A stretch of 64,000 nt of DNA from Trueperaceae bacterium (GTDB lineage Bacteria > Deinococcota > Deinococci > Deinococcales > Trueperaceae), in the NCBI GenBank assembly GCA_965213705.1, contig OZ243913.1, positions 2,656,001-2,720,000 on the forward strand, in the 5' to 3' direction. Below, in pieces: positions 32,100 through 42,804 of the stretch (positions within the stretch are counted from its first letter, which is position 1; each line of letters opens with the position of its first letter). A model generated the notes under the pieces. It made no database searches, was not told the origin of the DNA, and saw nothing but the letters and a program-made list of their open reading frames with translations. Position numbers and translations under genes: made by a program.

Positions 32100-33329
32100 T
32101 CAGACGGCTTTCAGGGCCTGCACGATTTGGGTGCGCGCGGCCCGGAGCGCCGGGAAAATACCCAGAACGGTACCTAGCAGGAGCGTCACCCCCACCACCA
32201 GCAGCGCCGCCAAGGGTCGCCAGTACAGCTCGACGCTCCAGAAGAGGTCGTCGCCGACCTCTCTAGCCAGCAGCGGAATGACCCCCGCAGCCAGCGCGGC
32301 CCCGACGAGCCCGCCCAAACCCGCCAGCAGCGCGGCTTCCAGGGTCATGGCGCGCACCACGCTCCCCTTTGTCGCGCCGAGGGCGCGCACAATGCCGATG
32401 TCGCGTTCGCGCTCGAGGGCGTCCACGACCATAATCGAAAAAATCCCGATGGACCCGACGATTAAAGCGACGATGCCGAACAAGCTGAACATGACGATGG
32501 TCGGGTCGAGCAGCGCCGGGTTGGCTCCGAACCCACGCTCGCCCTGTTCACGGATGTAAAAGTCTTTGCCGGGCTCGAGGTCGTAGCTGCGCACGGCGTC
32601 CCCAAAGACCTGCCGCGCGGCGCTCAAAGTTTGCTCTCGCGCCGCGTCGCCGCGCCCTGGGGCGGCGAGCACGTTGAGGGTGGCGGCTCCGCCTCGAGAG
32701 TTGTCGTAAGTCCACAAGGCCAAGTAAACGGCGCTCCGGTCTTCGGCCGTTGCAGGTTGGTCGGCAAAGGTGCCGATGATTCGGTAGGTGACGGGCGCTC
32801 CGACCGGCCCGAAGTCCTCGTTGGGCACGAACTTCAAGGTCTGCCCGAGGGGGTCCGCGTCTGGGAAGAGGATGGCGGCAGCCTTGTCGGAAAGAAGTGC
32901 GACGGCGTCTTGCGCGGCGGCTTCTTGTTCGGTAAACAGCGAGCCGCGCGTCGGTTGGATGTCGTTCAGCTCGAAGTAGACGTTATCCACGTAGACACCT
33001 TGCCAAAACTGGTAGAGGCGGCCTTCTTTTTCGACGGTCGGTTGCCACTCCTCGGTGTAAAGAGCAACTTTTTCAACGTCCGGGGCAAGTTGCGCCAGCT
33101 CGGCGGCACCTTGTTCGTCCATCATCATATAGGTGCTGCTCGAGCCGTCCTCGTCCCGAAACCCGGCTATCAGGTCGAAGCGCTCGGCCTCGCCCCGGTG
33201 CTGCCGCGCGTAAGCGTCCAGGTAAGCGGACAACGCCAAGGTCATCGCCAACGAGCCGAGCACGACTTGCAACAGCGTGAGGGTCGTCCGCAAGGGTTTC
33301 CGGCGCAAGCGCCGCACCAGGCTGGTCAT
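32100..33329 (-). CDS. ABC permease, MacB/FtsX family
   Basis: PLRTTLTLL, ERERDIGIVRALGA, GIFPALRAA. Confidence 0.9.
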   Translation of the reverse strand: MTSLVRRLRRKPLRTTLTLLQVVLGSLAMTLALSAYLDAYARQHRGEAERFDLIAGFRDEDGSSSTYMMMDEQGAAELAQLAPDVEKVALYTEEWQPTVEKEGRLYQFWQGVYVDNVYFELNDIQPTRGSLFTEQEAAAQDAVALLSDKAAAILFPDADPLGQTLKFVPNEDFGPVGAPVTYRIIGTFADQPATAEDRSAVYLALWTYDNSRGGAATLNVLAAPGRGDAAREQTLSAARQVFGDAVRSYDLEPGKDFYIREQGERGFGANPALLDPTIVMFSLFGIVALIVGSIGIFSIMVVDALERERDIGIVRALGATKGSVVRAMTLEAALLAGLGGLVGAALAAGVIPLLAREVGDDLFWSVELYWRPLAALLVVGVTLLLGTVLGIFPALRAARTQIVQALKAV

Positions 33330-33340
33330 CTCAACCCCTC

Positions 33341-34561
33341 TCAAACTTCCCGCAACGCCTCGACCGGGCGCAGCCGCGACGCTTGCCATGCCGGGTAAAA
33401 GCCGAAGATGAGGCTCGTCAGCAGCGCCAAGCCGAAGCCGACCGGCAGCGCCAGCCACGGAAACGACGCGATAAAACTGCTTATGTCTTCCCCGTAGACC
33501 GCTGTCTGGTAGCTGTTGAAGGCCGCGTAGAGCCCGTAGCCCGCCAGCACGCCCAGCGCGCCGCCGACCGCGCCGAGCAGCAAACTCTCGCCCAAAAACT
33601 GCCGCAGGATGGTCGCCCGGCTCGCGCCCAAACTGCGTAAAATACCGATGGTGTGCCGCCGTCTGAGCACCCGCGCCAGCATCAGGTTCATGATGTTGAG
33701 CGCGGCCGCCGCCAGCGCCGTCGAGGCGAAGGCCGCGATGACGACCGCGACGAGCCGAAACTGCCCGTCGGCGTTGAAGTCACCTTGCGAGCTGACCGTC
33801 ACGCGGTCGCCCCACTGCTTTTCGGCGTAGGCTTGCAACTCCGCGCGGGCTTGCGCCAGGTTCGCTTTGTCCTCGACGGCGAAAGTCAAGGTTTGCAGCC
33901 CGTCCGCTCCCCTGGGTGCAAGCTTGTAGGGGGTAAGCGTGGTCGGGCCGCCCATTCCTTGCTCGGAGCCCTCGAGCACGCCTACAACGGTGTAACTCTT
34001 CTCCCCTTGGAAATCCGCCAGCTTGACGCTCTGCCCGACCGGGTCACCCTCCAGCCCCAGTTTGGGCAGTGCGCCCTCGGCGACCAACAGGACGTTGCGC
34101 CCTTCGGCGAAGTCGCCTTCGCTGAACAAGCTACCCTGGATAACTCGGACAGCCGCCGCCGCCAGGTAGTCGGCGGTGACGGGTCTGAGTTCCAGCATGA
34201 GCGAGTCGTCACCCGCAACCGTAAACCTGTCCCAATCCGTAAGGTAAGCGTGGTTCACCGTCGGCGACGCCGCCTTGGCTGCCGCCAAGTCGTCCAGCGT
34301 CAGCGCGACTTTCTCCTCGCCCGACCGCCCGACCTCGCGGACGGGGATGGTCTCGCCGCCGTTATAAAACCCACTCCAGTCGTTGCTTTTTGTTTGCAGG
34401 GTCATCTCTCGTTGCCAGAGTTCGTTGCTGCTCAACTGCCGGTTGTACTGGCTAAACGTGGCGACCACCGCCGTCACCACGGCCACCCCGAGCGCGACCG
34501 CCAGCGCGATGAGCAGTGACTGGAGCGGGTACGCCTTAAATTGGCGAAACGCGCCTAGCAC
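33341..34561 (-). CDS. ABC permease, MacB/FtsX family; 5' end possibly disrupted
   Basis: PLQSLLIAL, IGILRSLGA, GFYPAWQASRL. Confidence 0.85.
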   Translation of the reverse strand: MLGAFRQFKAYPLQSLLIALAVALGVAVVTAVVATFSQYNRQLSSNELWQREMTLQTKSNDWSGFYNGGETIPVREVGRSGEEKVALTLDDLAAAKAASPTVNHAYLTDWDRFTVAGDDSLMLELRPVTADYLAAAAVRVIQGSLFSEGDFAEGRNVLLVAEGALPKLGLEGDPVGQSVKLADFQGEKSYTVVGVLEGSEQGMGGPTTLTPYKLAPRGADGLQTLTFAVEDKANLAQARAELQAYAEKQWGDRVTVSSQGDFNADGQFRLVAVVIAAFASTALAAAALNIMNLMLARVLRRRHTIGILRSLGASRATILRQFLGESLLLGAVGGALGVLAGYGLYAAFNSYQTAVYGEDISSFIASFPWLALPVGFGLALLTSLIFGFYPAWQASRLRPVEALREV

Positions 34562-34946
34562 TGAAAACCTAACACTTGAGTACCCAGCACCGGACTATCG
34601 CAGCACCGCAGACGAGCCCTAGCCATTCCCCCACACGCACCAACTCCTCAAAAGCGCCCGAAACGTCTTAAACGTCGCAGCGTCCATCAAGAAAAGCCTG
34701 TCCAGGCCACGCGCAAAAGCCTCTGTGGGCTCCGCGGAGAAAATAGTGCAAAGAGAAACCCGTTGACTATCAGTTTAAGGAGGTGAAGGTACGTTGTCTA
34801 GCCCTTGATGATTCATCTTCTCGAGCGTTGTCGCACACTTCCAGACCGAGCCGACAAACGCGCTCCAGGTACGGCTTCTCGAGTTCTGAGGTCACCTGCC
34901 GAGACACTTGCAAAAAGGGTGGCGCTGTAATCACGAGCCGAATTCT

Positions 34947-35918
34947 TCAGCCCTTTTCCTCGCTCCGGTCGTGCGCGGGCGGCGGCTCGGGCGACAGGGC
35001 GGACACCTCCGCACGCATCTCCGGGGTCATGTCAAACCCGGCGGCGGCGAGGGAGGGCTCGAGCTGCGCCACGTTCCGCGCGCCGATAATCGGGGCAGTT
35101 ACCGCCGGGTGCGCCGCGACCCAGGCGACAGCGAGCGTGACCGGGTGAACGCCTTTTTCTTCAGCGTAAGCCGTGAACTTCTCGGCCACCTCGAAGTAAA
35201 CGTCTTCGCCGTAGCGCTTGGTGTACATCTTGTTGTCGACGAGTCGCCCCTGCTCGGGCTTGCCTTTGGTGCTGTACTTTCCCGTTAGCAAGCCGCCGCC
35301 CAAGGGGCTGTAGGGGATGACGCCCAACGTTTCCGAACGCGCCAGCGGCAGGATTTCGACCTCGGCTTGGCGTTTGACGAGGTTGTACATCGGCTGGACG
35401 AGTTCGAAGCGGGCGAGCCCTTCTCGAGCCGCAGTCCCGAGCGCTTTGACGATTTGCCAGGCGGCCCAGTTGCTCACGGCCGGATAGAGAATGAGGCCGC
35501 GCTCGACCAGGGTGTCCAGCGCGCGCAGCGTTTCTTCCATAGGCGTGTCCGCGTCGAACTGGTGGACGAAATAAAAGTCCAGCCGGTCGGTTTGCAAACG
35601 CTTCAAACTCGCCTCGACGGCTTGCACGATGTGACGCCGTGAGAGCCCGCGCGCGTTCACGTCCTCGCCCATTTTGCCGAATACCTTGCTGGTGACGACC
35701 AATTCGTCGCGCCGCCCCTTCATGAGCCGACCGAGGATTTCTTCGGAGCGGCCCCGCGCGTAGACGTTCGCTGTGTCGAAAAAGTTGATGCCCGTGTCCA
35801 GGCAGCGTTCGAACATCTTGGCCGACTCGGGCTCGTCGGCGGTGTCGCCGAACGACATCGTGCCGAAGCAGAGGTTTGAAACCTTGACGCCGGTACGGCC
35901 TACGGTGCGGTAGTCCAT
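34947..35918 (-). CDS. Aldo/keto reductase
   Basis: GTMSFG, FDTANVY, SLKRLQTD, YSPLGGGLLTGKY. Confidence 0.93.
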   Translation of the reverse strand: MDYRTVGRTGVKVSNLCFGTMSFGDTADEPESAKMFERCLDTGINFFDTANVYARGRSEEILGRLMKGRRDELVVTSKVFGKMGEDVNARGLSRRHIVQAVEASLKRLQTDRLDFYFVHQFDADTPMEETLRALDTLVERGLILYPAVSNWAAWQIVKALGTAAREGLARFELVQPMYNLVKRQAEVEILPLARSETLGVIPYSPLGGGLLTGKYSTKGKPEQGRLVDNKMYTKRYGEDVYFEVAEKFTAYAEEKGVHPVTLAVAWVAAHPAVTAPIIGARNVAQLEPSLAAAGFDMTPEMRAEVSALSPEPPPAHDRSEEKG

Positions 35919-36123
35919 GTGTGCGCCTCCTGCCCGCACTTTAACAAGCTCGGGAGCTAGACGTTTTTAGGTGTTGGTTTTGAGTTTTCGTCTTTTGCGA
36001 ACAACCGACAACGAATGACGAACGACGTTCTTTGTACTTTCCTCTCTACAACCTAAAAAATAGAGTCGCGTGGCTGTAACGACCTGAGCCCCGTTTGGTA
36101 CGCTCAGCGCACCAGGAGGCTTT

Positions 36124-37092
36124 ATGAAAGCTGTGCAAATAACCGAACAAGGTGGCCGCGAAGTCCTACACCTCACCGACTTGGACACCCCGACGCCGGG
36201 TGAAGGTCAGGTGTTGGTTAAGCTCGAGGCCTCCGGCATCAACTTCATCGACATCTACCAGCGCACCGGGCTGTACAAGGTGGATTTACCTTATGTTTTG
36301 GGGCTCGAGGGCGCGGGCACGGTTCAAGCGGTCGGCGCGGGTGTGAGCACTTTCAAAGAGGGCGACCGCGTCGCCTACACGGGCGTCGCCGGCAGCTACG
36401 CCGAGGCGGCGCTCGTCCCCGCCGACCGGCTCGTCACGGTGCCCGAGTCGGTGGGTTTGGAAACCGCCGCCGCCGTGATGCTGCAGGGCATGACCGCGCA
36501 GTACCTCAGCCACAGCACGTATCCGGTTCAAGAGGGCGATACTTGCCTCGTCCACGCGGTCGCGGGCGGCGTGGGTTTGCTCCTGACCCAACTCGCCAAG
36601 CTGCGCGGCGCGACCGTCATCGGCACCGCCTCGACCGAGGAAAAAGCCGAGCGCGCCCGCAAGGTCGGGGCCGACCACGTGATTCTTTACACCGAAGAGG
36701 ATTTCGAGGCGGAGGTGCAGCGGCTCACCGACGGCCGCGGCGTGCAGGTCGTTTACGATTCGGTCGGCAAGACGACGTTCGAGGGAAGCTTGAACTGCCT
36801 CGCCAGGCGCGGCTACCTGGTGCTTTACGGGCAGTCGTCGGGGCCGGTGGGCGCGTTCGACCCGCAGGTGTTGAACGCCAAAGGCTCGCTCTTTTTGACC
36901 CGCCCGAGCCTGTTTCACTACGTCGCCGAACGCGAAGAGCTGGTCAAACGCGCGGGCGAGCTGTTCGTGCTCATCTCCGAGGGCAACCTGGACGTTCACG
37001 TCGACTCGACATTCTCCTTATCAGAGGTCGCCGAGGCGCACCGCAAGCTCGAGAACCGCGAGACCTCCGGCAAGGTCTTGTTGACGCCTTGA
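36124..37092 (+). CDS. qor: NADPH:quinone oxidoreductase (zeta-crystallin type)
   Basis: GINFIDIY, AGGVGLLL, YDSVGK, GSLFLTRPSL. Confidence 0.9.
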   Translation: MKAVQITEQGGREVLHLTDLDTPTPGEGQVLVKLEASGINFIDIYQRTGLYKVDLPYVLGLEGAGTVQAVGAGVSTFKEGDRVAYTGVAGSYAEAALVPADRLVTVPESVGLETAAAVMLQGMTAQYLSHSTYPVQEGDTCLVHAVAGGVGLLLTQLAKLRGATVIGTASTEEKAERARKVGADHVILYTEEDFEAEVQRLTDGRGVQVVYDSVGKTTFEGSLNCLARRGYLVLYGQSSGPVGAFDPQVLNAKGSLFLTRPSLFHYVAEREELVKRAGELFVLISEGNLDVHVDSTFSLSEVAEAHRKLENRETSGKVLLTP

Positions 37093-37551
37093 AGTTTTGG
37101 TAAGTGCTCCGGCTCCGGTAACCTAAACCATCTCGATGAGGGTTTTGCGCGCGAGATGGGTTTTGTTGACGTTTTCCAGTTTAGGTTGTTTCGGTGTGCC
37201 CACTTAGCATGGAAAAACGGGGCTCGAGAAGAGGTTGGCTGGGCCGAAGGCGGCTGTCGTCCGGCGGTTAAGACACTTGCCCGAATAAGGGTTGCACCCC
37301 TTGTCGGACCTCTTCTCGGTCGAAGAAGTAATGCTCCAACCTCTCCGCCACTTCCTGCGAGTCCGAACTTGACCGGTCCGAGCTGCGCTTTCTCGGAAAA
37401 AAGCTTCACAACCTTAACAGACTGTACGCTGTGCATAAATTCACGGTATAGTCTTTTCAACGACGTCTTGTAACAAGGAGGCAACCTGGAAAAGACTGCG
37501 TCTCGACCCGCCCAAGTCACGAGAAAAACTTTCCCCCCGAACGGAGAACAT

Positions 37552-39255
37552 GTGAAAAAACTCAGTCTGGCTTTGCTTATGCTCGGTCTGCTCGTCGGCA
37601 CCGCCTCGGCGCAGCGCGGCGTCGAGGGCGACCTCGACATCATCTACTGGCAAGCCCCCTCGACGCTCAACCCCTACCTGTCGGGCGGCACCAAGGACAT
37701 CGAGGCGGCTTCGCCCATCCTGGAACCGTTGGCGCGCTACGACGAGGCCGGCAACTTGGTGCCGTGGCTCGTCGACGAAATTCCGACCGTGGAGAACGGC
37801 GGCGTCGCCGAGGACTTGAGGAGCATCACCTGGACGCTTAAAGACGGCATCATGTGGTCGGACGGCACGCCGCTGACCGCTGAAGACGTGGTCTTTACCG
37901 GCAACTACTGCCTCAACGAAGAGATGGGCTGCAACTCGCTCTCGTACTTTACCGACGTCGACAGCTTCGAAGCGGTCGACGACCAGACGGTTCGAATCAA
38001 CTTCTCGGTCGCCAAGCCTTTCCCTTACGGCCCCTTTGCCGGCGCGGAAACGCCCATCCTTCAAAAAGCGCAGTTTGAAAACTGCACGGGTGCGGCGGCG
38101 CAGAACTGCACGGCTGAGAACTTCGGCCCCGTCGGCACCGGCCCCTACAAGGTAGTCGACTTCCGCGCCAACGACGTGGTCGTCTACGAACCCAACGAGA
38201 ACTACCGCGAGGCCGACAAGCCCGCGTTTTCGCGCGTGACCCTCAAAGGCGGCGGCGACGCGGCTTCGGCGGCGCGCGCGGTGCTCGAGACCGGCGAGGC
38301 CGACTACGCCTGGAACTTGCAAGTCGAGCCCGAAATCTTGACCCAGATGGAAGCGGGCGGCCAGGGCGAGGTCGTCAGCTCGTTCGGCACCTCGGTCGAG
38401 CGTCTCGTCATCAACCTCACCAACCCCGACGCCTCGCTGGGCGAAAACCGCTCCGAGTACATGGGTGGCGAAAACCCGCACCCCTTCTTGAGCGACCCGG
38501 TGGTGCGTCAAGCGCTGTCGATGGCGATTGACCGCTCGATACTCACCGAAATCGGTTACGGCGCGGCGGGTCAGCCCGGTTGCAACATTTTGCCCGCCCC
38601 GGAAATCTACGCCTCGACCGCCAACGACGCTTGTCTGCAGCAGGACATGGAAGGCGCGAAGAAGCTCCTCGACGACGCGGGCATCGTCGACACCGACGGC
38701 GACGGCGTGCGTGAAAAAGACGGCGTACCCTTGAGGATTCTTTACCAGACCTCGACCAACTCGGTGCGCCAGGGCACGCAAGCGCTCGTCAAGCAGTGGT
38801 GGGACGAACTCGGCGTCGAGACCGAGCTGCGCAACATCGACGCGGCCGTCTTTTTCGGCAACGACATCTCGAGCCCGGACACCTACGGCAAGTTCTACGC
38901 CGACGTGGAGATGTTCACCAACAACTTCTCGGGCACCGACCCCGAAAACTACATGGCGAACCTGACCTGCAAAGAAATTGCGCAACGCTCAAACCAGTGG
39001 CTCGGCAACAACCAGCCGCGCTGGTGCAACCCCGAATACGACGCGCTCGTGGCGCAACTCGGCGAGACCGCCGGATTGGAAGCTCGAGCCGAAATCGCCA
39101 AGCAACTCAACGACATGATTTCGCAAAACTACGTGCTCATCCCGCTCATTTGGCGCGGCGACGTGTCCGCGCACGCGGACTCGCTTGAGGGCGTCCGCAT
39201 GAACAGCTGGGACTCGGAACTCTGGAACATCGCCGACTGGACCAGGACCAACTAG
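37552..39255 (+). CDS. Peptide ABC transporter substrate-binding protein (family 5)
   Basis: Signal peptide; WSDGTPLTAEDV, PVGTGPY, VRQALSMAIDR. Confidence 0.93.
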   Translation: MKKLSLALLMLGLLVGTASAQRGVEGDLDIIYWQAPSTLNPYLSGGTKDIEAASPILEPLARYDEAGNLVPWLVDEIPTVENGGVAEDLRSITWTLKDGIMWSDGTPLTAEDVVFTGNYCLNEEMGCNSLSYFTDVDSFEAVDDQTVRINFSVAKPFPYGPFAGAETPILQKAQFENCTGAAAQNCTAENFGPVGTGPYKVVDFRANDVVVYEPNENYREADKPAFSRVTLKGGGDAASAARAVLETGEADYAWNLQVEPEILTQMEAGGQGEVVSSFGTSVERLVINLTNPDASLGENRSEYMGGENPHPFLSDPVVRQALSMAIDRSILTEIGYGAAGQPGCNILPAPEIYASTANDACLQQDMEGAKKLLDDAGIVDTDGDGVREKDGVPLRILYQTSTNSVRQGTQALVKQWWDELGVETELRNIDAAVFFGNDISSPDTYGKFYADVEMFTNNFSGTDPENYMANLTCKEIAQRSNQWLGNNQPRWCNPEYDALVAQLGETAGLEARAEIAKQLNDMISQNYVLIPLIWRGDVSAHADSLEGVRMNSWDSELWNIADWTRTN

Positions 39256-39275
39256 GCAAGTCGCCCGTTCCAAAC

Positions 39276-39308
39276 AAAGTGGTTTGCGTGTCAAACGCAA
39301 ACCACTTT
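39276..39308 (+). terminator. Intercistronic hairpin (stabiliser or partial terminator)
   Basis: Perfect 14-bp stem AAAGTGGTTTGCGT/ACGCAAACCACTTT. Confidence 0.65.
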
Positions 39309-39339
39309 CTCTTAAATTCCTTATTTTAAGGACAGCCAC

Positions 39340-40353
39340 ATGTTTCAATACATCATACGCCGAGTTTTGGTCGCTATACCGACGCTTCTAGTTATCAGCG
39401 TGGTCATTTTTGGCATTTTGGAACTCGCCCCTGGCGACCCGACCGGCACCCTGCCCCTCACCATCCCACCCGAGGTGCGCGAGCAAATCAAAGAAGCGCT
39501 CGGGGCGAACGACAAGTTCCCGGTGAACTATCTCAAGTGGGCGCGCCAATTTTTCGTCTACGAACCGCTGGCGATGTTTCAAGACGCGACGGGCATAGAG
39601 GTCGGCGACAGCAGCCAGCGCACCCGCATCTTGTCCTGGACGACGCGCAGCCCGGTGATGGACCTTATCATCCAGCGTTTGCCGCAAACCTTGTGGGTCG
39701 TAGGTCTGGCCTACGTCGTCGGTATCCTGATAGCGATTCCAGTCGGTATTTTGTCGGCCTACAAGCAGTACTCCATTTTCGACCAGGTCGGCACGTTCGT
39801 GTCGCTCATCGGCTTTTCGGTGCCGACTTTTTTCACCGGGCTCGTCGCCATCATCATTTTCAGCGTCAACCTGAGGTGGTTTCCGTCGATTTACGACACC
39901 ACCCTCGTCGTGAACGACTGGCCCAGCTTCGTCGAGCAAGTCAAACAGATGATCATGCCGGTGATGGTGTTAGCTTTTTTCAACGCTTCGCAGCTCAGCC
40001 GCTTTATGCGCAGTTCGATGCTCGACAACCTCAACCAGGACTATGTTCGCACCGCCCGCTCAAAAGGCCTGAAGGAGCAAATCGTGGTGCTCGGCCACGT
40101 GCTGCGCAACAGTCTCATCCCGGTCGTCACTTTAATCGCGCTGGGCATCCCAGGGATTTTTGGGGGCGCCATCATCACCGAGCAGATTTTTCGCATCAAC
40201 GGCTTGGGCGCGCTGCTGATAGAGGGAATTCAGAGCGCCGACATCCCGCGGGTGCAAACCCTGACTTTCATCTTCGCCATTCTCATCGTCCTGTTCAACA
40301 TCGTCGCGGACGTGGCTTACGGCTTTCTCGACCCACGGATTCGGTACGGGTAG
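39340..40353 (+). CDS. Peptide ABC permease (OppB/DppB)
   Basis: YIIRRVL, APGDP, DYVRTARSKG, DPRIR. Confidence 0.93.
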   Translation: MFQYIIRRVLVAIPTLLVISVVIFGILELAPGDPTGTLPLTIPPEVREQIKEALGANDKFPVNYLKWARQFFVYEPLAMFQDATGIEVGDSSQRTRILSWTTRSPVMDLIIQRLPQTLWVVGLAYVVGILIAIPVGILSAYKQYSIFDQVGTFVSLIGFSVPTFFTGLVAIIIFSVNLRWFPSIYDTTLVVNDWPSFVEQVKQMIMPVMVLAFFNASQLSRFMRSSMLDNLNQDYVRTARSKGLKEQIVVLGHVLRNSLIPVVTLIALGIPGIFGGAIITEQIFRINGLGALLIEGIQSADIPRVQTLTFIFAILIVLFNIVADVAYGFLDPRIRYG

Positions 40354-40362
40354 GGGGTCGGT

Positions 40363-41280
40363 GTGAGCGTTGCAACCGCGCCCAAAACCGCCGCCAAGGC
40401 CGACCGTTCGCCGTGGCTGGACGGTTGGCGGCAGTTCGCCAAGCACAAAGGGGCGGTCGTCGGCATGGTCATTTTTTTCGCCATCGTGCTGACCGTTATT
40501 TTCGGGCCGCTGGTCTACCCCGTCGACCCGCAGTACAGCAACTTGTTGGAGCGCAACCAGGGTCCGTCGGGCAAGCACTTTTTCGGCACCGACAACTTGG
40601 GCCGCGACCTGTTCGCCGCCAACTTAGCGGGCGGGCGCATCTCGCTCGCGGTCGGCGTGGCGTCGATGCTCATCAGCATCGTGCTGGGCACGACCATCGG
40701 GCTGTTAGCGGGCTATTTCAGGTGGCTCGACGGCGCACTCATGCGGTTCACCGACCTGTTTTTGGCGCTGCCGCTACTGCCGCTTTTGCTCGTCATCATC
40801 TTGCTGTTCCGGGACAGCCTGCGCGCGGCCTTTGGGCCGGAGCTGGGTATTTTCATCTTAATCGTCACGGTTATCGGGGCGACGAGCTGGATGAACACGG
40901 CGCGGGTCGTCCGGGGCGACGTGTTGGGCGTCAAAGAGCGCGAGTTCGTGTCGGCGGCGGGCGCGTTGGGCTCGGGCAACAACCGAATTATGTGGCTGCA
41001 CATCCTGCCCAACGTGCTGAGCCCGATTCTGGTCTCGGCGACGCTCGGCATGGCGAACGCGATTATCACCGAGTCGGCACTGTCGTTTTTGGGCCTCGGC
41101 TTTCCGCCCGACTTTCCCACCTGGGGCCGGCTGCTGTTCGACGGCAAGGACTTTTTAAGCCTTACCCCGATGCGGGTCGTGTGGCCGGGCTTGGCGATTT
41201 CGCTCGTCGTCTTGAGCGTGAACTTTATGGGCGACGGTCTGCGCGACGCGCTCGACCCGCGGTTGCGGGGGCGGGGCTGA
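40363..41280 (+). CDS. Peptide ABC permease (OppC/DppC)
   Basis: GTDNLGRD, EFVSAAGALG, ESALSFLG, GDGLRDALDPR. Confidence 0.93.
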   Translation: MSVATAPKTAAKADRSPWLDGWRQFAKHKGAVVGMVIFFAIVLTVIFGPLVYPVDPQYSNLLERNQGPSGKHFFGTDNLGRDLFAANLAGGRISLAVGVASMLISIVLGTTIGLLAGYFRWLDGALMRFTDLFLALPLLPLLLVIILLFRDSLRAAFGPELGIFILIVTVIGATSWMNTARVVRGDVLGVKEREFVSAAGALGSGNNRIMWLHILPNVLSPILVSATLGMANAIITESALSFLGLGFPPDFPTWGRLLFDGKDFLSLTPMRVVWPGLAISLVVLSVNFMGDGLRDALDPRLRGRG

Positions 41281-41300
41281 GAGTAGTTCTTTTTTGCTAT

Positions 41301-41345
41301 CAAGTTTTGCTGGGTCAAGTTTTGTCGGGTCAAGTTTCGTTGGGT
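41301..41345. repeat. Degenerate 15-bp tandem repeat x3
   Basis: CAAGTTTTGCTGGGT CAAGTTTTGTCGGGT CAAGTTTCGTTGGGT. Confidence 0.8.
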
Positions 41346-41703
41346 CGAATTGAAGAGCGACGATTACAGGTCGTGTAGGTGCTCGGTACTGACGAAGCAC
41401 TCGACTGACGTTTGTCCTGTGGACCCGGCAACATCCAATTTTGCACGAACGGTGTACCACCCCTTTTAGAGAAACTTTTCAACCCTTGTTTCTCGAGACT
41501 TTCCTCAACCGGAAGGTCGACCCCAATCGGCTCAGCGCCGCCCCAGCTCGACCCACCCCCTCTAGTAGGCGCTGAGCCCACAAGCAGGAGACGACCCCAG
41601 CGGCTCGTCTCCTGCTTTCGTGTGATGTCGTGTCACGACGGGGTTTCCAAAGCCGGCTCGAGCCCGGAACTTAGCGGTTGGGGTTCGTGTCATACTTGAC
41701 TCC

Positions 41704-42744
41704 ATGAAGCTACGCCTTACCCTATGGGCGCTGGTCTGTTTGCTGCTCAGCGCCGGCGCCTCGGCCCAATACTACTTGGGCAGCGTGGGTGAGCGGCCGG
41801 CTCAGCTCGAGCTGAACTTGCCGGACACGCCCACAACACCCACCGCCAATTCCCTGACCGGCTCGTTTTACTACGACGCCGTCGGGCTGCCCCTTGACTT
41901 AGAGGGGCGGCTGACGAACACGGGCGAAGTGCGGCTCGAGGCCTACACCCAAGCCGTCACCACCTTGGGGCGGCAGCAAACGGGCGTGCTCGAGGGAACG
42001 CTGGCAGAGGGAACGTTGCCAGAGGGAATATTGCTGGGCGAAGCGAACCCCGGCGAGCGTTTCTCGGGCGTGTGGCGCTCGGCTTCCGGCGCCGCTTTGC
42101 CCTTCAGCTTCGACAAAATAGCGGAGTACGCCGACGTCGTTTTCGAGCAAGGACGAATTACCGCCGCGGCCAGCTACCCGGTTTTCTCTACACCCTTCAA
42201 CACCCTCGACACGCGGCTGCAGAGCGACCTTATCAACTCGCTTTTCGACTTTGTGCAGGAGGGGCAAGAGGTGAGGTCGGCCGGCGAACTGTTCGGCGGC
42301 TGGAGCCTGGAGCGCCGCCAAACCATCACCTACGCGTCGGCGAGCTTAGCGAGTATCGCCGAAACGCTGTACGTGTACACGGGCGGCGCGCACCCGAATA
42401 CCGGCTTAGCGAGTTATGTCCTTTTCACAGAGGCCGGCCGAACGCGCCTTCTCAGTTTGGCCGACTTTTTTTTGCCCGGGGTCGACTACCTGGCGTTGTT
42501 GTCGCCCTACCTCGTAAGCGCCTTGCTCGAGCAGGGTGCCCAGTGGGTGGTGGACGGTTCGGTCGACGGGTTTACCAAGGACGACTTAAGCGTCGTCACG
42601 GTCTCCCCCACCGGCTTGCGCTTCGGCTTCGAGCCCTACGCGGTCGGGCCGTACGCGCAGGGCACGTTTTTCGTCACGGTGCCGTTCGATGTTCTCGAGC
42701 CGGTCATCGACCCGGCGGGGCCGTTGCAGGCGTTTGTGGAGTGA
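41704..42744 (+). CDS. Secreted DUF3298/RsiV-like protein
   Basis: Signal peptide; YTGGAHPN, LSLADFF, FEPYAVGPYAQG. Confidence 0.85.
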   Translation: MKLRLTLWALVCLLLSAGASAQYYLGSVGERPAQLELNLPDTPTTPTANSLTGSFYYDAVGLPLDLEGRLTNTGEVRLEAYTQAVTTLGRQQTGVLEGTLAEGTLPEGILLGEANPGERFSGVWRSASGAALPFSFDKIAEYADVVFEQGRITAAASYPVFSTPFNTLDTRLQSDLINSLFDFVQEGQEVRSAGELFGGWSLERRQTITYASASLASIAETLYVYTGGAHPNTGLASYVLFTEAGRTRLLSLADFFLPGVDYLALLSPYLVSALLEQGAQWVVDGSVDGFTKDDLSVVTVSPTGLRFGFEPYAVGPYAQGTFFVTVPFDVLEPVIDPAGPLQAFVE

Positions 42745-42804
42745 AGACGGGCGCCGCTCGGCTTTGAACGGGGCTCGAAAGCTTCTTTAGTGGTTGAGGG
42801 AGCA

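Noticed and set aside
41301..41345. CRISPR array
   Set aside because: Contiguous 15-bp units with no spacers and no cas genes.
39537..41378. 613-aa plus-strand ORF
   Set aside because: Off-frame overlap of oppB/oppC; Arg/Pro-rich GC artefact.
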